In this document: positions 9,709 to 22,150 of the stretch, piece after piece | Numbering within the stretch: position 1 is the first letter of the stretch | Layout: each line of letters opens with the position of its first letter | Source: Blastocladiella emersonii ATCC 22665 | Taxonomy: Eukaryota > Fungi > Blastocladiomycota | Assembly (NCBI GenBank): GCA_025594325.1 | Contig: JANHCV010000005.1 | Coordinates: 1,116,001 to 1,180,000, forward strand | Direction of reading: 5' to 3' | DNA: 64,000 nucleotides | Program-made: the position numbers and the translations under genes | Notes under the pieces: model-generated | Told to the model about the DNA's origin: nothing | Database searches by the model: none | The model's input: only the letters and a program-made list of their open reading frames with translations

Positions 9709-12060
9709 CTAGCGCGAACGAACCATCAACGCGTCAATAGCATTCGCAAACTCGATTGAAGCGACAGCTTGCGGGGCCAGCCGTGTAACCAAGGCAGTCA
9801 CAACGGCCACGTCCACGTCGTTGTGCTTGGCCGATTGGACGACCAACTGTGCGAGGAGGGATGGGTCCTCTTTACTGAGCGCGTCATCGTGAAGCACCCG
9901 CCAAATCAGAAGCGGAACAGGCTCGTGTTCGGTTGCAGTGAGCTTGGCGGGATGGAACTCAAGGTAGAACCCTACGTGGAACTCGGAGTGGAACTCGGCG
10001 TGGAACTTAGCGAGGATATCGCGTCGACCTGCGTCAGGCAAAGTCTGCACAAACTGCTGGGCAGACGCAAGAAGATCACATCGCAGCAGGCAGCTGCATG
10101 CACCCATTGACTCGTCGTAATCGCGGACGGTGCGCCAAGTAAAGTTGAATTCACGTGCTACAAAATAGAGCGCTGTTTTGGTCGTGAGCGCCTTCACGGT
10201 GTCGCGCCATGCCTGCTGCGCGACGAGTGGGCAGTCCATGCAAAGCTTGTGGCCGGGAAGCGGGCGAACAATGCGCCGAGGGACAAAGATTTCGTCCGTT
10301 CGCTCCGAGTACGTCATCGCGCGGAGCATTATGTGGAGAAAAGTGGGTTGCAGCTGGGCCGCCTTGATCATGGCCATGGCCGCGGTGCGCGTTCTGGAAC
10401 ATGCGATGGCGACAACCAGCAGGCGCGCCACGCATGGTGTAAGCTTATGGTCGAGAGGTGACTGAAGCGGCGTGAAAGATTGCTTGGCCGCTTTGATGTG
10501 GGCAATGACCATGTGCAACAAGTCAAGCGGGTGAGCAACCAAGTCGCCTCCAATGAGGTCCTCAAGATCTGGCTTGAAGAAGCGCCGAGCGCTGACGGAA
10601 TCCACAAAAAAATGTGTGCATAGCTTGAGATGGTGTGTGCTGAGTCGTCGAGCGTTGGGAGGCTGGCTGGCAGCACGGTTGTTTGCGAGGGAGCATAAAA
10701 CGTGTTGAGCGATGGACGTGCGGTTTGGGATTCTTTTGAAGCTGGAATAAAACGCTGTACGGGTAGGCAAAAAAGTCAGTTCAGATTCATTGAACGCTCC
10801 GCTCTGTTGCGCGACGCACGTACCTTCGAGCAAAAGGGTGTCCCAGTTTTCCTCGCCGTGCTGATCCCAGAGCCGATTTACAAGCGCGGTTTCGCCGCGC
10901 GCGATGGCCGCACCCAAGAGGAATGGCCACGCTTCGGGCTCGACGAACCCGTTGGCGTCGAGAAAGTCAAGCTCGACAAGCGGCAAGTGTTGGTGGAACC
11001 AGCAAAAGATGACAACTTGGAGCCCATTCATTTTGCTGCTCCGATGGCGGCGCGGTGCCGGCAGCGCCTGCTTAACGCGCTCGGGAAACCGCCGCAGGAG
11101 TGCGACGAACAGTCGATGGTCGTCACGCGCGAGAGATTCCTTTATGTACAGGAAGCAAGCAGAGCTCAGCGACTCGGGCATGTTTTCGAACAGCCAAGAG
11201 TACGTGGCAAGCTCCTCGTCGTAGCTCGGTTTGAAGGAGGCGTGCCTGTTAAGCTTGTCCGGATAATTGGCCACGACTTCGAGCAGGGCAGGCACATTGA
11301 CGCGGTGGAGGGTGTCTGAAAGGAGTGCCTGAAGCACCGAGTATTGGCAGTTGATGACGGCAACGTATGCGAGCACATCGACCAGCCGAGGTGAAAATTC
11401 GACAGCTGCAGGTGTCGCAATCCCAGTCCCAACGACGGGCCGCGTTTCGCCGTAGGCACGGTGGTGGCTGAGTGTAGATTCGCCACTTTTGTATAGACAC
11501 GCTTTCCATTTGGGCTTGGCCAATGCCACATGGAAGAGCTGCGGCACGTCGATAGCAATCGCGTCGAGTAAGCGGTGGAACAAGTTGGTTCTGTCGTGAT
11601 CGATGGCCGCGACGAGGAGATGGATATAGTCGACAATTGGATTGTTCCGTTCGTCCCATCGCGTCAGCCCTTCGGCAATGACGGATTGCAGCTCGGCAAC
11701 GCTCGGACCGCGTGCGAGAACTCGACGGCGAAGCCATTTGGCAAAGTGGATAAAGAGGTCGTCGGGTACCAGCGTGCGGTGTTCGCTGCGCGCGATCAGC
11801 CACCTGCTACGGAGCGGGTAGAGACCTTTGAAGGATAACACATGCTTTGTAATCTTGTTGAGGCCTTTAACCACGCTGAGTGACCACGAAATGAGAACGT
11901 GATGGTCCCGCAGCGCTCCGCAAAGCACCGCGGCCGTCGTCGCGAGCGTGCTGCGCGGCTCGGCGCGGCGGAGCAGCTCGGTGAGCACTTCGTGAGGCAA
12001 ATCCGCAAGAGAGAGCTCGCCGGGAGCGTGTTGCATGGAGTCTTTCATAGATTCATTCAT
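9709..12060 (-). CDS. Intact lineage-specific F-box-like protein (783 aa, intronless)
   Basis: Uninterrupted ORF from MNESMKDSMQHAPGELSLADLPHEVLTELLRRAEPR. The helical C-terminal region is shared with three disrupted paralogs in the window. Confidence 0.8.
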   Translation of the reverse strand: MNESMKDSMQHAPGELSLADLPHEVLTELLRRAEPRSTLATTAAVLCGALRDHHVLISWSLSVVKGLNKITKHVLSFKGLYPLRSRWLIARSEHRTLVPDDLFIHFAKWLRRRVLARGPSVAELQSVIAEGLTRWDERNNPIVDYIHLLVAAIDHDRTNLFHRLLDAIAIDVPQLFHVALAKPKWKACLYKSGESTLSHHRAYGETRPVVGTGIATPAAVEFSPRLVDVLAYVAVINCQYSVLQALLSDTLHRVNVPALLEVVANYPDKLNRHASFKPSYDEELATYSWLFENMPESLSSACFLYIKESLARDDHRLFVALLRRFPERVKQALPAPRRHRSSKMNGLQVVIFCWFHQHLPLVELDFLDANGFVEPEAWPFLLGAAIARGETALVNRLWDQHGEENWDTLLLEGTCVAQQSGAFNESELTFLPTRTAFYSSFKRIPNRTSIAQHVLCSLANNRAASQPPNARRLSTHHLKLCTHFFVDSVSARRFFKPDLEDLIGGDLVAHPLDLLHMVIAHIKAAKQSFTPLQSPLDHKLTPCVARLLVVAIACSRTRTAAMAMIKAAQLQPTFLHIMLRAMTYSERTDEIFVPRRIVRPLPGHKLCMDCPLVAQQAWRDTVKALTTKTALYFVAREFNFTWRTVRDYDESMGACSCLLRCDLLASAQQFVQTLPDAGRRDILAKFHAEFHSEFHVGFYLEFHPAKLTATEHEPVPLLIWRVLHDDALSKEDPSLLAQLVVQSAKHNDVDVAVVTALVTRLAPQAVASIEFANAIDALMVRSR

Positions 12061-12260
12061 GTGCTTCGTCGCAAGTGAGGAGAGAGCAAGTGAGCAGCTG
12101 CTCGCAAGGCGACGCGTTGGCCGTGGGAACGCGTCGTGTCTCAGCGCCACGTGCCGCGTTGCCTCTCGCCGCCGACGTCTTTCGCTTCTCCCCTCTCCGC
12201 CGCCCTCCCCCTCTTCATCAACCATACACGAATCACACTCCATGCAACGCTGACGCACGA

Positions 12261-14573
12261 ATGGGCCGCCGCAACTTCCACCCGCAGATCTACGCCGTCT
12301 TCCTGTGCGAGTTCCACGCGGTGCAGGGCCCGCGGATCGCGCTGGCCGTATCGAGCGGGTCCGCCGGGGCGCCCGACCTCGGACCCGCGGGCATCCCGCC
12401 GACGCCGCCCGGCCTCGGCCTGCGCTCCGTCGTGCCCGGCCCGCACCACACCGCCCTGCACCATTCGCACTCGGCCCCGCCCTCGGCCGCCCCGCACCAC
12501 ACCACCTACCAGAGCGCGGGCGCCACCGTTCTGTCCTCGGGACTGGGCCGGAAACCATCGGGCGGCGGCGCGGGACCGCAGCACCTCGCCGCGACCCCGC
12601 TGAGCGCGCCCAACACGCCGTCGGTCCCGCCCACGACGCTCGGGTCGACGCAGCCGCTCGAAACGCTACGCGAGCGGATTGCGGCCGAGGACGCCGCAAG
12701 GCGGGCCCAGGCGGGTGGAATCCCGCTCCCGCGTACCGATACCGAGGACGAGCGCACGCTTACGGAGTCGCCCGAGACCCTCGGCGCGGATGAGGGCGTG
12801 GTGGCCGACTCTGAACCGCTCCCCGAACCCGCAGTATCACCGCCGCCCCCACCACCACCTGCTGAACAGCACCGACGCGCAGCACCGCCACCGGCTACCC
12901 CGCAGCGGCCAGGCACCGCACCCGCCGCCGAACCCGCCGCCGCCGCCACCGACGCGGACCCACGCCCGTCGCTGTCGAGCCTGTTCGACACGGTCTCCGA
13001 GTTCCTGATCCCGAAACCGACGCTGTGCGGGTCGCTGGTGTCGATCGGGATCGACCGGTACCGGATGCTGGGCCACCCGATGCTGTTCAGCGGCGACAAG
13101 TACCCGCGCAACGTGGCGCTATGGAACGTCGTGTTCGTGATCGACCGACGCGCCGACGGCCGCGGGCTGCACCACGCCGTGACCAAAGTCGCGCACGTGC
13201 TGCGGACGCTCGAGCTCGAGACCGAGTACGTGACGAACCTGGCGTACCGGCCCGCCGTGTTCTCGGTGCTGCAGCAGATGCTGCTGGACCTGAACGCAAC
13301 GCGCGAGTGCCGCGTGCCCGCGTTCGGGTCGACGACGCTCGACATCCGCCTCGCGCCCGTGCTGCCCGCTGGCACCCCCGAGGTCAACGTGTGGGACGTG
13401 CCCGTGCCGCGGCTCGATTTCGCGGACCTCGCGACGGGCGACTGGGACCTGACGGTGCGCCGCATCCTGCCGCTGCTCGACGGCGTGCGGCCCGTGAGCG
13501 TGGTCGCGGACCTCGCGGACGTGGACCCGACGCTGGTGCGCGTCGCCGTGCAGCACCTGGTGCGGACCGGCGCGGTGCAGCTCGCCGACCTGTTCCAGAC
13601 GACCAACGTGTACGTGCCGACGGCGAAACTGCGCCGGCTCGCGCAGGACCCGCACGCGCAGGAGGCGTGTGTGCGGTTCGTCGCGCGGCCCGCGGCGCTC
13701 GCGAATGGGACCGCGCCAACGCCCACGCGCCTGTTCACGCTGTACACGGCGCTGAAACCGGGTACCACCGTCGCCGAGTACCTCCAGGCGACTGGGTTCC
13801 CGACGGGGCTCGCGGACATCCGCCGGTTCGTCCTGTTCGGCGTGATCCGCGGCTGGATCCGACGCGTCCACCGGTACCCGCTGCTGCCCAACGCGCCGCC
13901 TGCGGGCGCCTCCCAGGGCAACAACCCGACGTCGCCCACGAGCACCCGCGGCGGCGGCGGCGGCCCTGGCGGCGCGGGCGGGGTCCCGCCGTCGCTCGGC
14001 GTCCCGTTCGCGCGGACCACGGCAGGCAGCGTCGTCGGCGCGCCGTCGTCGCTGCACACGCGCCCGACCATGGGCCCGACGGGGTACATGGCGTCCGGCC
14101 CGCCGCCCTCCGCCGCCGCGCGGCTCGCGGGCCCCGCGGCGATCGGGACCCCGCCGCCGTCCGTGTTCGTCGGCGCCGGCTCGCCCGCGCCGCCGGCCCT
14201 CGCGCCGCTCGTCACCAGCGCCCCCGCATCGGGCGCATTGAGCGTCCCCGGCCCGACCTCTGCCGGCGGCGCGTCAGGCACCGGCGGCGGCGGAGGGGTG
14301 CCGCCGAACGGGCCGTCGCCGCACAGCTACGGGCGCAGCAGCTACGGCGGGTGGGGGAGTGTTCCGGGACTCGGGTTCTGGGGTCCGCGAGCGGCTGCGG
14401 CGGCAGCAGCAGCGGCGGCGGGGAACGGTGGGCCGGGGATGAGCGGGACGATGAGCGCCATGGCGGCCGCGCCGCTGCTCCCGCTCGACGCGTACTGCGT
14501 GCTCTGGCGTATGTCTGCGCGCGAGGTCATGGAGGTGCTGGCTAAGGAGAACGTTAAGTGGCTGCAGAAATAG
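12261..14573 (+). CDS. NPR2: NPR2/NPRL2, GATOR1 (SEACIT) subunit, 770 aa
   Basis: IYAVFLCEFHAVQGPRI; FDTVSEFLIPKPTLCG; GHPM...KYPRN..LWNVVFV; DVPVP..D...WDLTVRRILP; LxDLFQTTNVY; RRFVLFGVIRGWIRRVHRYP. Confidence 0.95.
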   Translation: MGRRNFHPQIYAVFLCEFHAVQGPRIALAVSSGSAGAPDLGPAGIPPTPPGLGLRSVVPGPHHTALHHSHSAPPSAAPHHTTYQSAGATVLSSGLGRKPSGGGAGPQHLAATPLSAPNTPSVPPTTLGSTQPLETLRERIAAEDAARRAQAGGIPLPRTDTEDERTLTESPETLGADEGVVADSEPLPEPAVSPPPPPPPAEQHRRAAPPPATPQRPGTAPAAEPAAAATDADPRPSLSSLFDTVSEFLIPKPTLCGSLVSIGIDRYRMLGHPMLFSGDKYPRNVALWNVVFVIDRRADGRGLHHAVTKVAHVLRTLELETEYVTNLAYRPAVFSVLQQMLLDLNATRECRVPAFGSTTLDIRLAPVLPAGTPEVNVWDVPVPRLDFADLATGDWDLTVRRILPLLDGVRPVSVVADLADVDPTLVRVAVQHLVRTGAVQLADLFQTTNVYVPTAKLRRLAQDPHAQEACVRFVARPAALANGTAPTPTRLFTLYTALKPGTTVAEYLQATGFPTGLADIRRFVLFGVIRGWIRRVHRYPLLPNAPPAGASQGNNPTSPTSTRGGGGGPGGAGGVPPSLGVPFARTTAGSVVGAPSSLHTRPTMGPTGYMASGPPPSAAARLAGPAAIGTPPPSVFVGAGSPAPPALAPLVTSAPASGALSVPGPTSAGGASGTGGGGGVPPNGPSPHSYGRSSYGGWGSVPGLGFWGPRAAAAAAAAAAGNGGPGMSGTMSAMAAAPLLPLDAYCVLWRMSAREVMEVLAKENVKWLQK

Positions 14574-14753
14574 ATGTTGCGTTGGGAGAAAGAAATGTCT
14601 CGCACACGAGCAGCGCACGTGAGATGGGAGAGACGCGTCGGGTCGCGTCGCGTCGTCGCGGTCGCGTCGCTCCAACTTCCTCTTACCTGGTTCTCTCTCC
14701 CTTCGCGCTAACGTACCAACAACTAGACGCTACATGAATCACCCTCCCACACC

Positions 14754-17700
14754 ATGATGCAAGGGATCCCCGAGGACGCGCCGCTGCCAGCGCTCCCATC
14801 CTCGCGCCCGGCCAACGGCGACGGTGGCGAGCTCGCGGCCACCATGGCGAACCTGATGCAGCGCGCGCTCGCCGCCGACGTCGCCGAGTTCGACGAGGAG
14901 GCGCTGGGCGAGGACAATCCGCCAGCAGTGCCCGCGAAAGCGCGGACGCGGCGCGAGGCCGAGATGGCGGAGGAGGAGTTCCCGAGTTTGCCGGCCGACG
15001 TCGCTGAGAACCTCGCGCTCATGGACCCGGACAACGTATACACGCGCGAGTTGGTGGGAGGTGAGAGGGCGGATGGCTGACATCCCCCCGAAATGTAGCC
15101 GCTCATGAAACGCGTGCAAGACGCGCTGCACAAGCAGCTCGTGTCGGCCGACGAGCGGCTGACGCTCGAGCTGCGCGAGAAGGTACACGCTCACCCGACT
15201 TCGGCGACGTGGCCGCCACACCCTGACACGAACCCGAACGTGTAGGAAGAGTCGCTCAAGAAGGTCAAGGCGCAGCGCGAGGAGATCGGCGTGGAGCTGT
15301 ACGCGCTGCAGCAACAGCTGGCCAAGGTACAGGCGCACCTGGAGGAGTCGCACGCGTCGTACTCGGTGATCAAGTCGCACCGCGAACGGGCCGAGGCGTC
15401 GGCCGCCGAGACGCGGGCCGCGTACGAGCGGGAACGCGCCACCCTAGCCGCGGCCGCGAAAGCCCTCGAGACGCGCAAGTCCGAGCTCGAGTCGGTGAGC
15501 CGCCTACACGCGCAGGTGCAGCTGTTCCAGGACGAGATGAAGAGCCGCCTCTCGACGACGCGGCGCGTGACGCTCAAGTCCGAGGAGGACCTGGTCAAGC
15601 AGGAGGCCGAGAAGCGCAAGCAGGACTTCTACATCCACACGCTGACGGGTCGACTGGAGCGGCTGCGCGACACGCGGGCGACGCTCGACCACCAGATCGG
15701 GACGCAGCAGGCCGAGATCCGCACGCTGCACTCGGCGATCCAGGAGGCCAACGCCGAGATGGACGCGATCGTGTTCGAGAAGCGGCAGCTGTTCCACCAG
15801 TGGAAGTCGGGCCTGATCGGGATGCAGCGGCGGCAGGAGGTGCTGGGCGCCATGGACGAGGCGGTGCGCCGCGAGACCGAGGTGCTGCTGACCATGGACA
15901 CGGAGCTGGCCGGGTTCAAGACGGCGCTGGCCGCGCTCGCCGTCGAGAACGAGACGCTGGCGCTCCTGCACGACAAGCTGCACGCCGAGTCGGGTTACCT
16001 GACGGCGCAGATCAAGTCGCTCGGCGAGCGGCGCGACGTGCTCAAGCAGCAGTACGGGCAGGTGCAGCGCGCGCTCGAGGCGGCCGAGGCCGAGGCGAAA
16101 CGCGTCAGCCACCAGCGCCAGTCGCTGACCAACGAGGTCAACGCGCTCAAGAAGCAGGTGCTCACGGCGCAGCAGAAGGCGGCCAAGCTCGAGCGCGAGA
16201 TCGCCGAGCAGATCCAGCTGCAGCTGGGCATCGACAAGGACGTGGCGGGCACGCTCAAGGACGCCAAGAAGCTGACGGCGGCCATCCACGAGAAGGAGGC
16301 CACCATCGCCGCGTGCGAGAACAACGTGGCCGCCATCAAGCTCGACGGGTCGCGGGTCTCGGACACGATCCGCGCGCTGCGCGGCGAGCTGGGCGACCTC
16401 GACCGCGCGATCGCGGGCAAGAACGAGACCATCGAGAAGTACGAGCTCGAGATCCGCCGCGGCAACGACGAGATGGTCAAGAAGCAGTCCGAGATCGACC
16501 TGCTCAACAAGAAGCTGAACCAGATCCTGATGCACTCGACGGACGAGGCCATTGGCCCGCTCGAGGCGACCATCCACAACCTGACCAAGTCGATCGCCGC
16601 CAAGGAGAAGGAGTGCTGGGACCTGCAGCAGTTCTGGCTACGCACGCAGAACGAGCTGGTGGTCGCGTCCAAGCGCGCGAGCGAGATGGCCGAGGCGATC
16701 GCGACGCTCAAGATGCGGCACACGATCCTGGCGCGGAAACGCGCCATGGTCAACCAGGAGTTTGACGGCGAGGAGGCCGAGATGAAGATCCACCAGCGCA
16801 GCATCAAGGCGCTGCAGAACGAGATGACCAAGATCAACACGCTGATCTCCAAGCAGGTGTCGATGCAGGCGGTGCTGGGCGAGTCGACGCTCGGGCTCGA
16901 GCAGGAGTTCCGGTACCGGCTCAAGGAGGCCGAGCTCGAGGCGGTGCGGCTCGAGCAGCAGGTGCGCGACCTCAAGCACGAGAAGGACCGCGCGCTCGGC
17001 GGCCTGCTCGACATGGAGCAGCAGATCATGCTGTGGGAGAAGAAGATCCAGCTCGCCAAGGAGACGCGCGAGGCGCTCGACCCGAACATTGGCGCCCAGG
17101 AGATCCAGGAGATGACGGCCGAGATCCACCGCATGGAGCTGCGCCTCGCCAACCTGCAGAAAGTCCAGGAGAAGCTGATCACGGACATGGAGAAGGGCGT
17201 GGTGCGCCGCGAGACCATCGCCGTCCGCGCCAAGCTCCGCGGCAAGGGCTACACGCAGGCCTCGCTCAACAAGGCCATTGCCGAGCTCAACAAGCAGCTC
17301 AAGGCCGTGCTCGTCGACCTGCGCGACGTCGACCGCGACATGGCCACCATCTCGGGCGCGCTCGCCCGCGTCAAGGCCCAGGTCGCCGAGGGCGCGGCGG
17401 TCCTCGACGCGATGCGCCGCGACCAGGCCGCGCTCGTGGGCGAGATCCAGGTCAAGATGGACCTCAAGACGGCGCTCTTCACCGAGATCTCCATGTGGCA
17501 GAAGAAGGGCAAGCGGTACCAGACCATCAAGGACGGGAAATACGCGTTCGTCCGCGACGACCCCGCCGCGCGCCAGGCCGAGCTCGACCGCGCCATGGAG
17601 CGGCTCGATAAGGTCGAAAAGGCCGTGCACATAATCATCGTACGTCTGTTCTCGCTATGGTATCAGTGGTGGTCGAGACTGACTCGACCGCACGCGTGTA

Positions 17701-17782
17701 GACTGAGTCGCCGCAGCAGCTCGGCCCCGCAAGCAAGTGTTTGGAGACGTATCTCACGTCGGCGCGATCGTTTGTGGCATGA
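14754..17782 (+). CDS. CCDC40: CCDC40 (FAP172) axonemal ruler coiled-coil protein, 946 aa; exons 14754-15035, 15099-15182, 15246-17639, 17702-17782
   Basis: PLMKRVQDALHKQL, REEIGVELYALQQQLA, LWEKKIQL.KE..EALDP..G..EI..M.AEIHRM.LR. Three GT-AG introns of 63, 63 and 62 nt with CTGAC branch sites. Confidence 0.9.
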
Positions 17783-17935
17783 GACAAGGGACGAGGATCA
17801 CGATTTGCAATACAATACTTGTAATAGTAGGAGGAGCGAGCCATGGACACAAGAGGATGGGGAGGGGGTAAACAAAAAGGAGGGGGGAGTCCGCGGCGGA
17901 TGCGGCACAACGCGACGCGAGCAGCACCGAGAGGC

Positions 17936-19259
17936 TCACGAAAAGGACCGCTTGTGGATGATATCGGGGTCCTCCTGGTACTCTTCGGCGCTGACCCACA
18001 TTTTCTTGAATGTGGAGAGCGAGGCGAGGATGGACCCGCCGATCCAGGTCGAGTACTTGCGCTCTGGCGGGGCAAAGATCTTGATCTTGAAGTCGCGCTG
18101 GTCCTTGCCCGACGAGAGCTTCTTGACCTCGGACAGGAGGCGGTCGCCGAGCCCGCGGAACAGCGTGGACCCGCCGCTGAGCACGAGGTTGCTGTACAGG
18201 TTCTTGCGCAGGTCGAGGTCGGCCTTCTGGATGCAGTCGACGACCATGTGTTGGATGCCCGGGTACTCGAGCCCGATCAGGTCCGGGTTGAACAGCACCT
18301 CGGGCGCCTTGAACCGCTCGGCCCCGAGCTTGACGACACGGCCGTCGGGCAGGACAAACTCGTCGGGCCCCTTGGACGCGGCCGAGGGCAGGCCCGCGAG
18401 CGCGGCCGACGCGAAGGCGCCCGCGGCGTACTCCTTTTCTTCCTTGATCGGGTTGGCCGACACGTAGCACGTCTTCTCCTTGATGACGCGGACGATCTCC
18501 ATCTCGGCCGAGGTGTGGAACGTGTAGCCGTTCTTGCGCAGGAGGACCTGGAGGTACTTTGTGATGTCGCGGCCGGCGGCGTCGATGCGGCGGATGGCGT
18601 GCGGGATGGCGAAGCCGTCGTAGACGGGGACGGCGTGGGTGACGCCGTCGCCCGAGTCGATGGCGAGCCCCGTGGTGCGGCCCGAGGCGTAGAGCGAGAG
18701 CACGGCCTGCATGGACATGAACATGGCGGGGACGTTGAAGGTCTCGAAGAAGATCTGGGCGACCTGCTCGCGGTTGCGCTTCGGGTTTAGTGGTGCCTCG
18801 GTGAGGTGGACCGGGTGCTCCTCGGACAGGGTCTTGAGCTCCTCGGTGTACATGTACTCCCAGATGCGCTCCATGTCCTCCCAGTCGGTCACGATGCCGT
18901 GCTCCATCGGGTAGTTGATGCGCAGCAGGCCGCGCAGCTCCTGCGCCTTGCGGCCAATGAAGTTGTCGCCCTCGACGGCGCCCGCCATGATGCGCAGGTG
19001 CTTTGGGCGGCCGACACTAGACAGACGGTGGGGCGAATGAGTGAGTGAACGCGGGGATCGCCGTAGCGGCGAGCGAGCGCACCATGAGGGGAAGAAGCAC
19101 TTGGGCTGCTCATCGCCAGCAAAACCGGCCTTGATCACGCCGGATCCCTGGATGGCGCGAACAGTGGTGAGTCGCGAATCGCCGTGGCGGGACGGGGCGG
19201 GCGAGACGTACGTTGTCGATGACCACGGGCTGATTTGTGAGCACGTCCTCGTACTCCAT
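17936..19259 (-). CDS. ARP1: Actin-related protein 1 (centractin, dynactin filament), 397 aa; exons 19259-19212, 19147-19083, 19016-17936
   Basis: [69 protein letters not shown]. Introns of 64 and 66 nt. Confidence 0.95.
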
Positions 19260-20171
19260 GGTCGGTGCGGGTGCGGGTGCGAGTGCGGGTGCAGGGAGGA
19301 GGAAGCCGGCCGGCGGCGGGAGGGTTCAGCGAGTGGCGGGGTCGCAGATACGGGATCCCGAAGGCGGCGCGGCGCAGGGACGGCGGCGGCGGTTCGTGTA
19401 GCGCAACCGGCGTTCGGGCCTGCGTCAGAGTCCAGAGGTCCGAGGCGAGGAGCGGCGAGCGGCTGTGGCGCAAGCGTAGTGGTGCGCGCGCGAGAATCGC
19501 TCAGCGGCGGCGTGGCAGCGGCAAGAGCGGTCGAGTCGAGTCGAGTGGTTCAGCCGGCGCGTGCGGCAGCAAGTCGTCGATACAGAGCAAGATCCGTGGT
19601 GCGTTGCAGCGTTGCCGGGCGGGGGGAAGGGATTCGCGGCGGCCAAAGGAGGCGTAGCGGCGCGCGGCGCGCCCTGCCGGCGAGCACGCGTGAACGAGAC
19701 GGGTGGCACTCAAAAAGAGCAACGCCCACGGCAACGTGATCGTTTCCCGCCGAGGTGATGGGCGTGGCAGGCCCGACTAGCGCCGGGGCGGATCGGCTGC
19801 GACCGCGCCGCGTGGACGGGCTCGCTTCACCGCCGCCACTGCGCCGCGCTGGCTGTGATGGTCGCGCGCGCGGGCCGTGCACGCACACAGATCGGGGGAT
19901 TTTTTTTCTCATGATCCCCAGCGGGCGCACATGGCTCCTGGCCGTCCCGAGGCGCTGGCGACGAAAGCTCGATCGAGCGGGTAGAGGGGGGAGAGGGGAG
20001 AGAGAGCCGACCCTGCCCGGCGCCGACCGTCGCTCTCCCTCTCCCTCCCCCCCTCGCTCCGCTCCCTCTCCCCTCGGCTGAGATAACCACCGCGTAACTC
20101 GTCGCAACCCCGGACGCCCCACTTGCTGCAACGCATCCGACCACTCCCACTGCACTCCACGCATCAACACC

Positions 20172-20951
20172 ATGTCCTCGAAGATCCGTGTTCTCGTCGG
20201 CGTCAAGCGCGTCATCGACTACAACGTCAAGATCGCCGTGCGCGCCGACAAGTCGTGGGTCGAGACGGCCAACGTCAAGCACTCGGTCAACCCGTTTGAC
20301 GAGATTGCCATCGAGGAGGCGGTGCGCGCCAAGGAGGCCGGCCACGTTGCCGAGGTCGTGGCCGTGTCGGCCGGCCCGCCCAAGGCCCAGGAGACGCTGC
20401 GCACGGCCCTCGCCATGGGCGCCGACCGCGCCATCCACATCGAGATCCCCGACGGCGCCGAGAAGACGCTCGAGCCGCTCGCCGTCGCCAAGCTGCTCAA
20501 GAAGGTGGCCGAGAACGAGAAGGTCGACCTCATCGTGCTCGGCAAGCAGGCCATTGACGACGACGCCAACCAGACCGGCCAGATGCTCGCGGGTCTGCTC
20601 AACTGGCCCCAGGGCACCTTCGCCTCCAAGCTCGACATCCTCACCGCCGACAAGTCGCTCGCCGTCACCCGCGAGATCGACGGCGGCCTCCAGACCGTCT
20701 CGGCCGCGCTCCCCGCCGTCGTCACCGCCGACCTGCGCCTCAACGTGCCCCGCTTCGCCTCCCTCCCCAACATCATGAAGGCCAAGAAGAAGCCCCTCGC
20801 CAAGACCACCCCCGCCGACCTCGGCGTCGACATTGCCCCGCGCATCGAGATCATCAAGGTCGAGGAGCCCCCGAAGCGCCAGGGCGGCGGCCGCGTCGCC
20901 GACGTCGACGAGCTCATCTCCAAGCTCCGCACCGAGGCCAAGGTCATCTAA
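20172..20951 (+). CDS. ETFB: Electron transfer flavoprotein beta subunit
   Basis: [76 protein letters not shown]. Confidence 0.97.
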   Translation: MSSKIRVLVGVKRVIDYNVKIAVRADKSWVETANVKHSVNPFDEIAIEEAVRAKEAGHVAEVVAVSAGPPKAQETLRTALAMGADRAIHIEIPDGAEKTLEPLAVAKLLKKVAENEKVDLIVLGKQAIDDDANQTGQMLAGLLNWPQGTFASKLDILTADKSLAVTREIDGGLQTVSAALPAVVTADLRLNVPRFASLPNIMKAKKKPLAKTTPADLGVDIAPRIEIIKVEEPPKRQGGGRVADVDELISKLRTEAKVI

Positions 20952-21159
20952 GTCTCTCTCTTTGCCTGCCCGCGCGTCGTCGCGATCTATCCCCTCCTCC
21001 TCGCTTGCTCATAATACACTACTCTACGCTACCCTACTACGCTCGCTGTCTTGCTATCAGATCGCGGCGCGTCGCGTCGCACGACCCGAGTTTTCAACAC
21101 ACGCACGCAGGCGCGGTCGGGTGGGCCCGAGCTCCCGGACACCAATCGTTGGGGCGCTG

Positions 21160-22150
21160 CATCACATGGCCGCGGCGCAGCGCGTCGCCCGCCTGCTTGC
21201 CTTTCCGAGCAAGCTCGCACGGTTTTTGCGCGGCCGAGCCTCGCGCTCGGTCCTCGCTCCCCTCGCCTAGAAACGCACATGCTGCGATATCCATGATTAT
21301 TCGCCGCGACGCCGGCTGACGTAAACTCATGCACCCGCGGCTGCTGCGGGCAGTTTGAACGGCCAGCTCTGACGCTTCGCGCCGGCCGGCTTCCAATTCA
21401 TCGATTGTCACAGGCGGCGAAGAGACGCTGCACTCCCTAGAGCTTGTGCAATTGAACTTGTACTTGCGATGAAAGAAACTTTGGAGCATTGGGTGAGCAC
21501 TCGCTCCCGTGTCTGGCTCGTCGATCAACTACGTTTGTCGCGCAGAAGAACTCATCGGAAAGGTGCTGGGGTGCGTAACACTTGCTGCGGTCCGCGTTGA
21601 TGCATCACGTAGCTGAAAGGCTTGACCATGTCTGTTTCAGCATGCCGCTCGTGAAAGCATAAAGTTGTCCCGACGAACAGCAAGGGCGGATAGGATGTGT
21701 CGATTTGGCTCTGCTGTTGATACTTGTTCTGTTCAATCCGGAACGCGCAGTGAAGACCGAGCACAAGCATTCGCTCCTTCACACACGCGCTACTCAAATC
21801 ACTCTGGCGCTCGGCCTCGCCGCGAACTCTGGTCGAGGCGGGCAGCGTGGTGTCGCTGTCAGTGGGGGCGGTACGCTCACTCTCTCTCACTGATCCAACT
21901 CGTCGTCGCAATACTAATCGATCACACTTCCGAGTAGCGGCTGGGCTCAGCCTCAAGGGCCCCGCTCATCCCGCGCCTGTCCGTAGCTAGCGAAATGGGC
22001 CACGCTGCCTGTCTCGGCCAGCGACGCGACGAGAGCGCGCGTGTTCGGGCTATTTTGTGCAGCGACGTGTCCATCAAGCGCATGATGGCCGAGTTGATTG
22101 ATGGTTTCGTGGTTGACGCGTCGTCGTATACTGTTTATGAATCTCTATTC
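21160..22150 (+). repeat. Degenerate direct repeat, copy 1 (gene relic containing an intron-like element)
   Basis: Blocks align with 24945-25850. The best block is 21794-22041 vs 25513-25760, including GTACGCT...branch...TAG; the central parts are poorly conserved. Boundaries are approximate. Confidence 0.6.

Noticed and set aside
12061-12699. N-terminal extension making the F-box-like ORF 996 aa
   Set aside because: It runs antisense through NPR2. The paralog starts at the equivalent MN(D/E)SM, so 12060 is the likely start.
17640-18467. Read-through of the CCDC40 ORF to 18467
   Set aside because: It crosses a clear GT-AG intron (17640-17701) and then runs antisense to ARP1; the spliced form stops at 17782.
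14754-19259. Functional clustering of CCDC40 and ARP1 (both dynein-related)
   Set aside because: They act in different systems (axonemal ruler vs cytoplasmic dynactin) and are tail-to-tail; adjacency alone is not evidence without synteny data.
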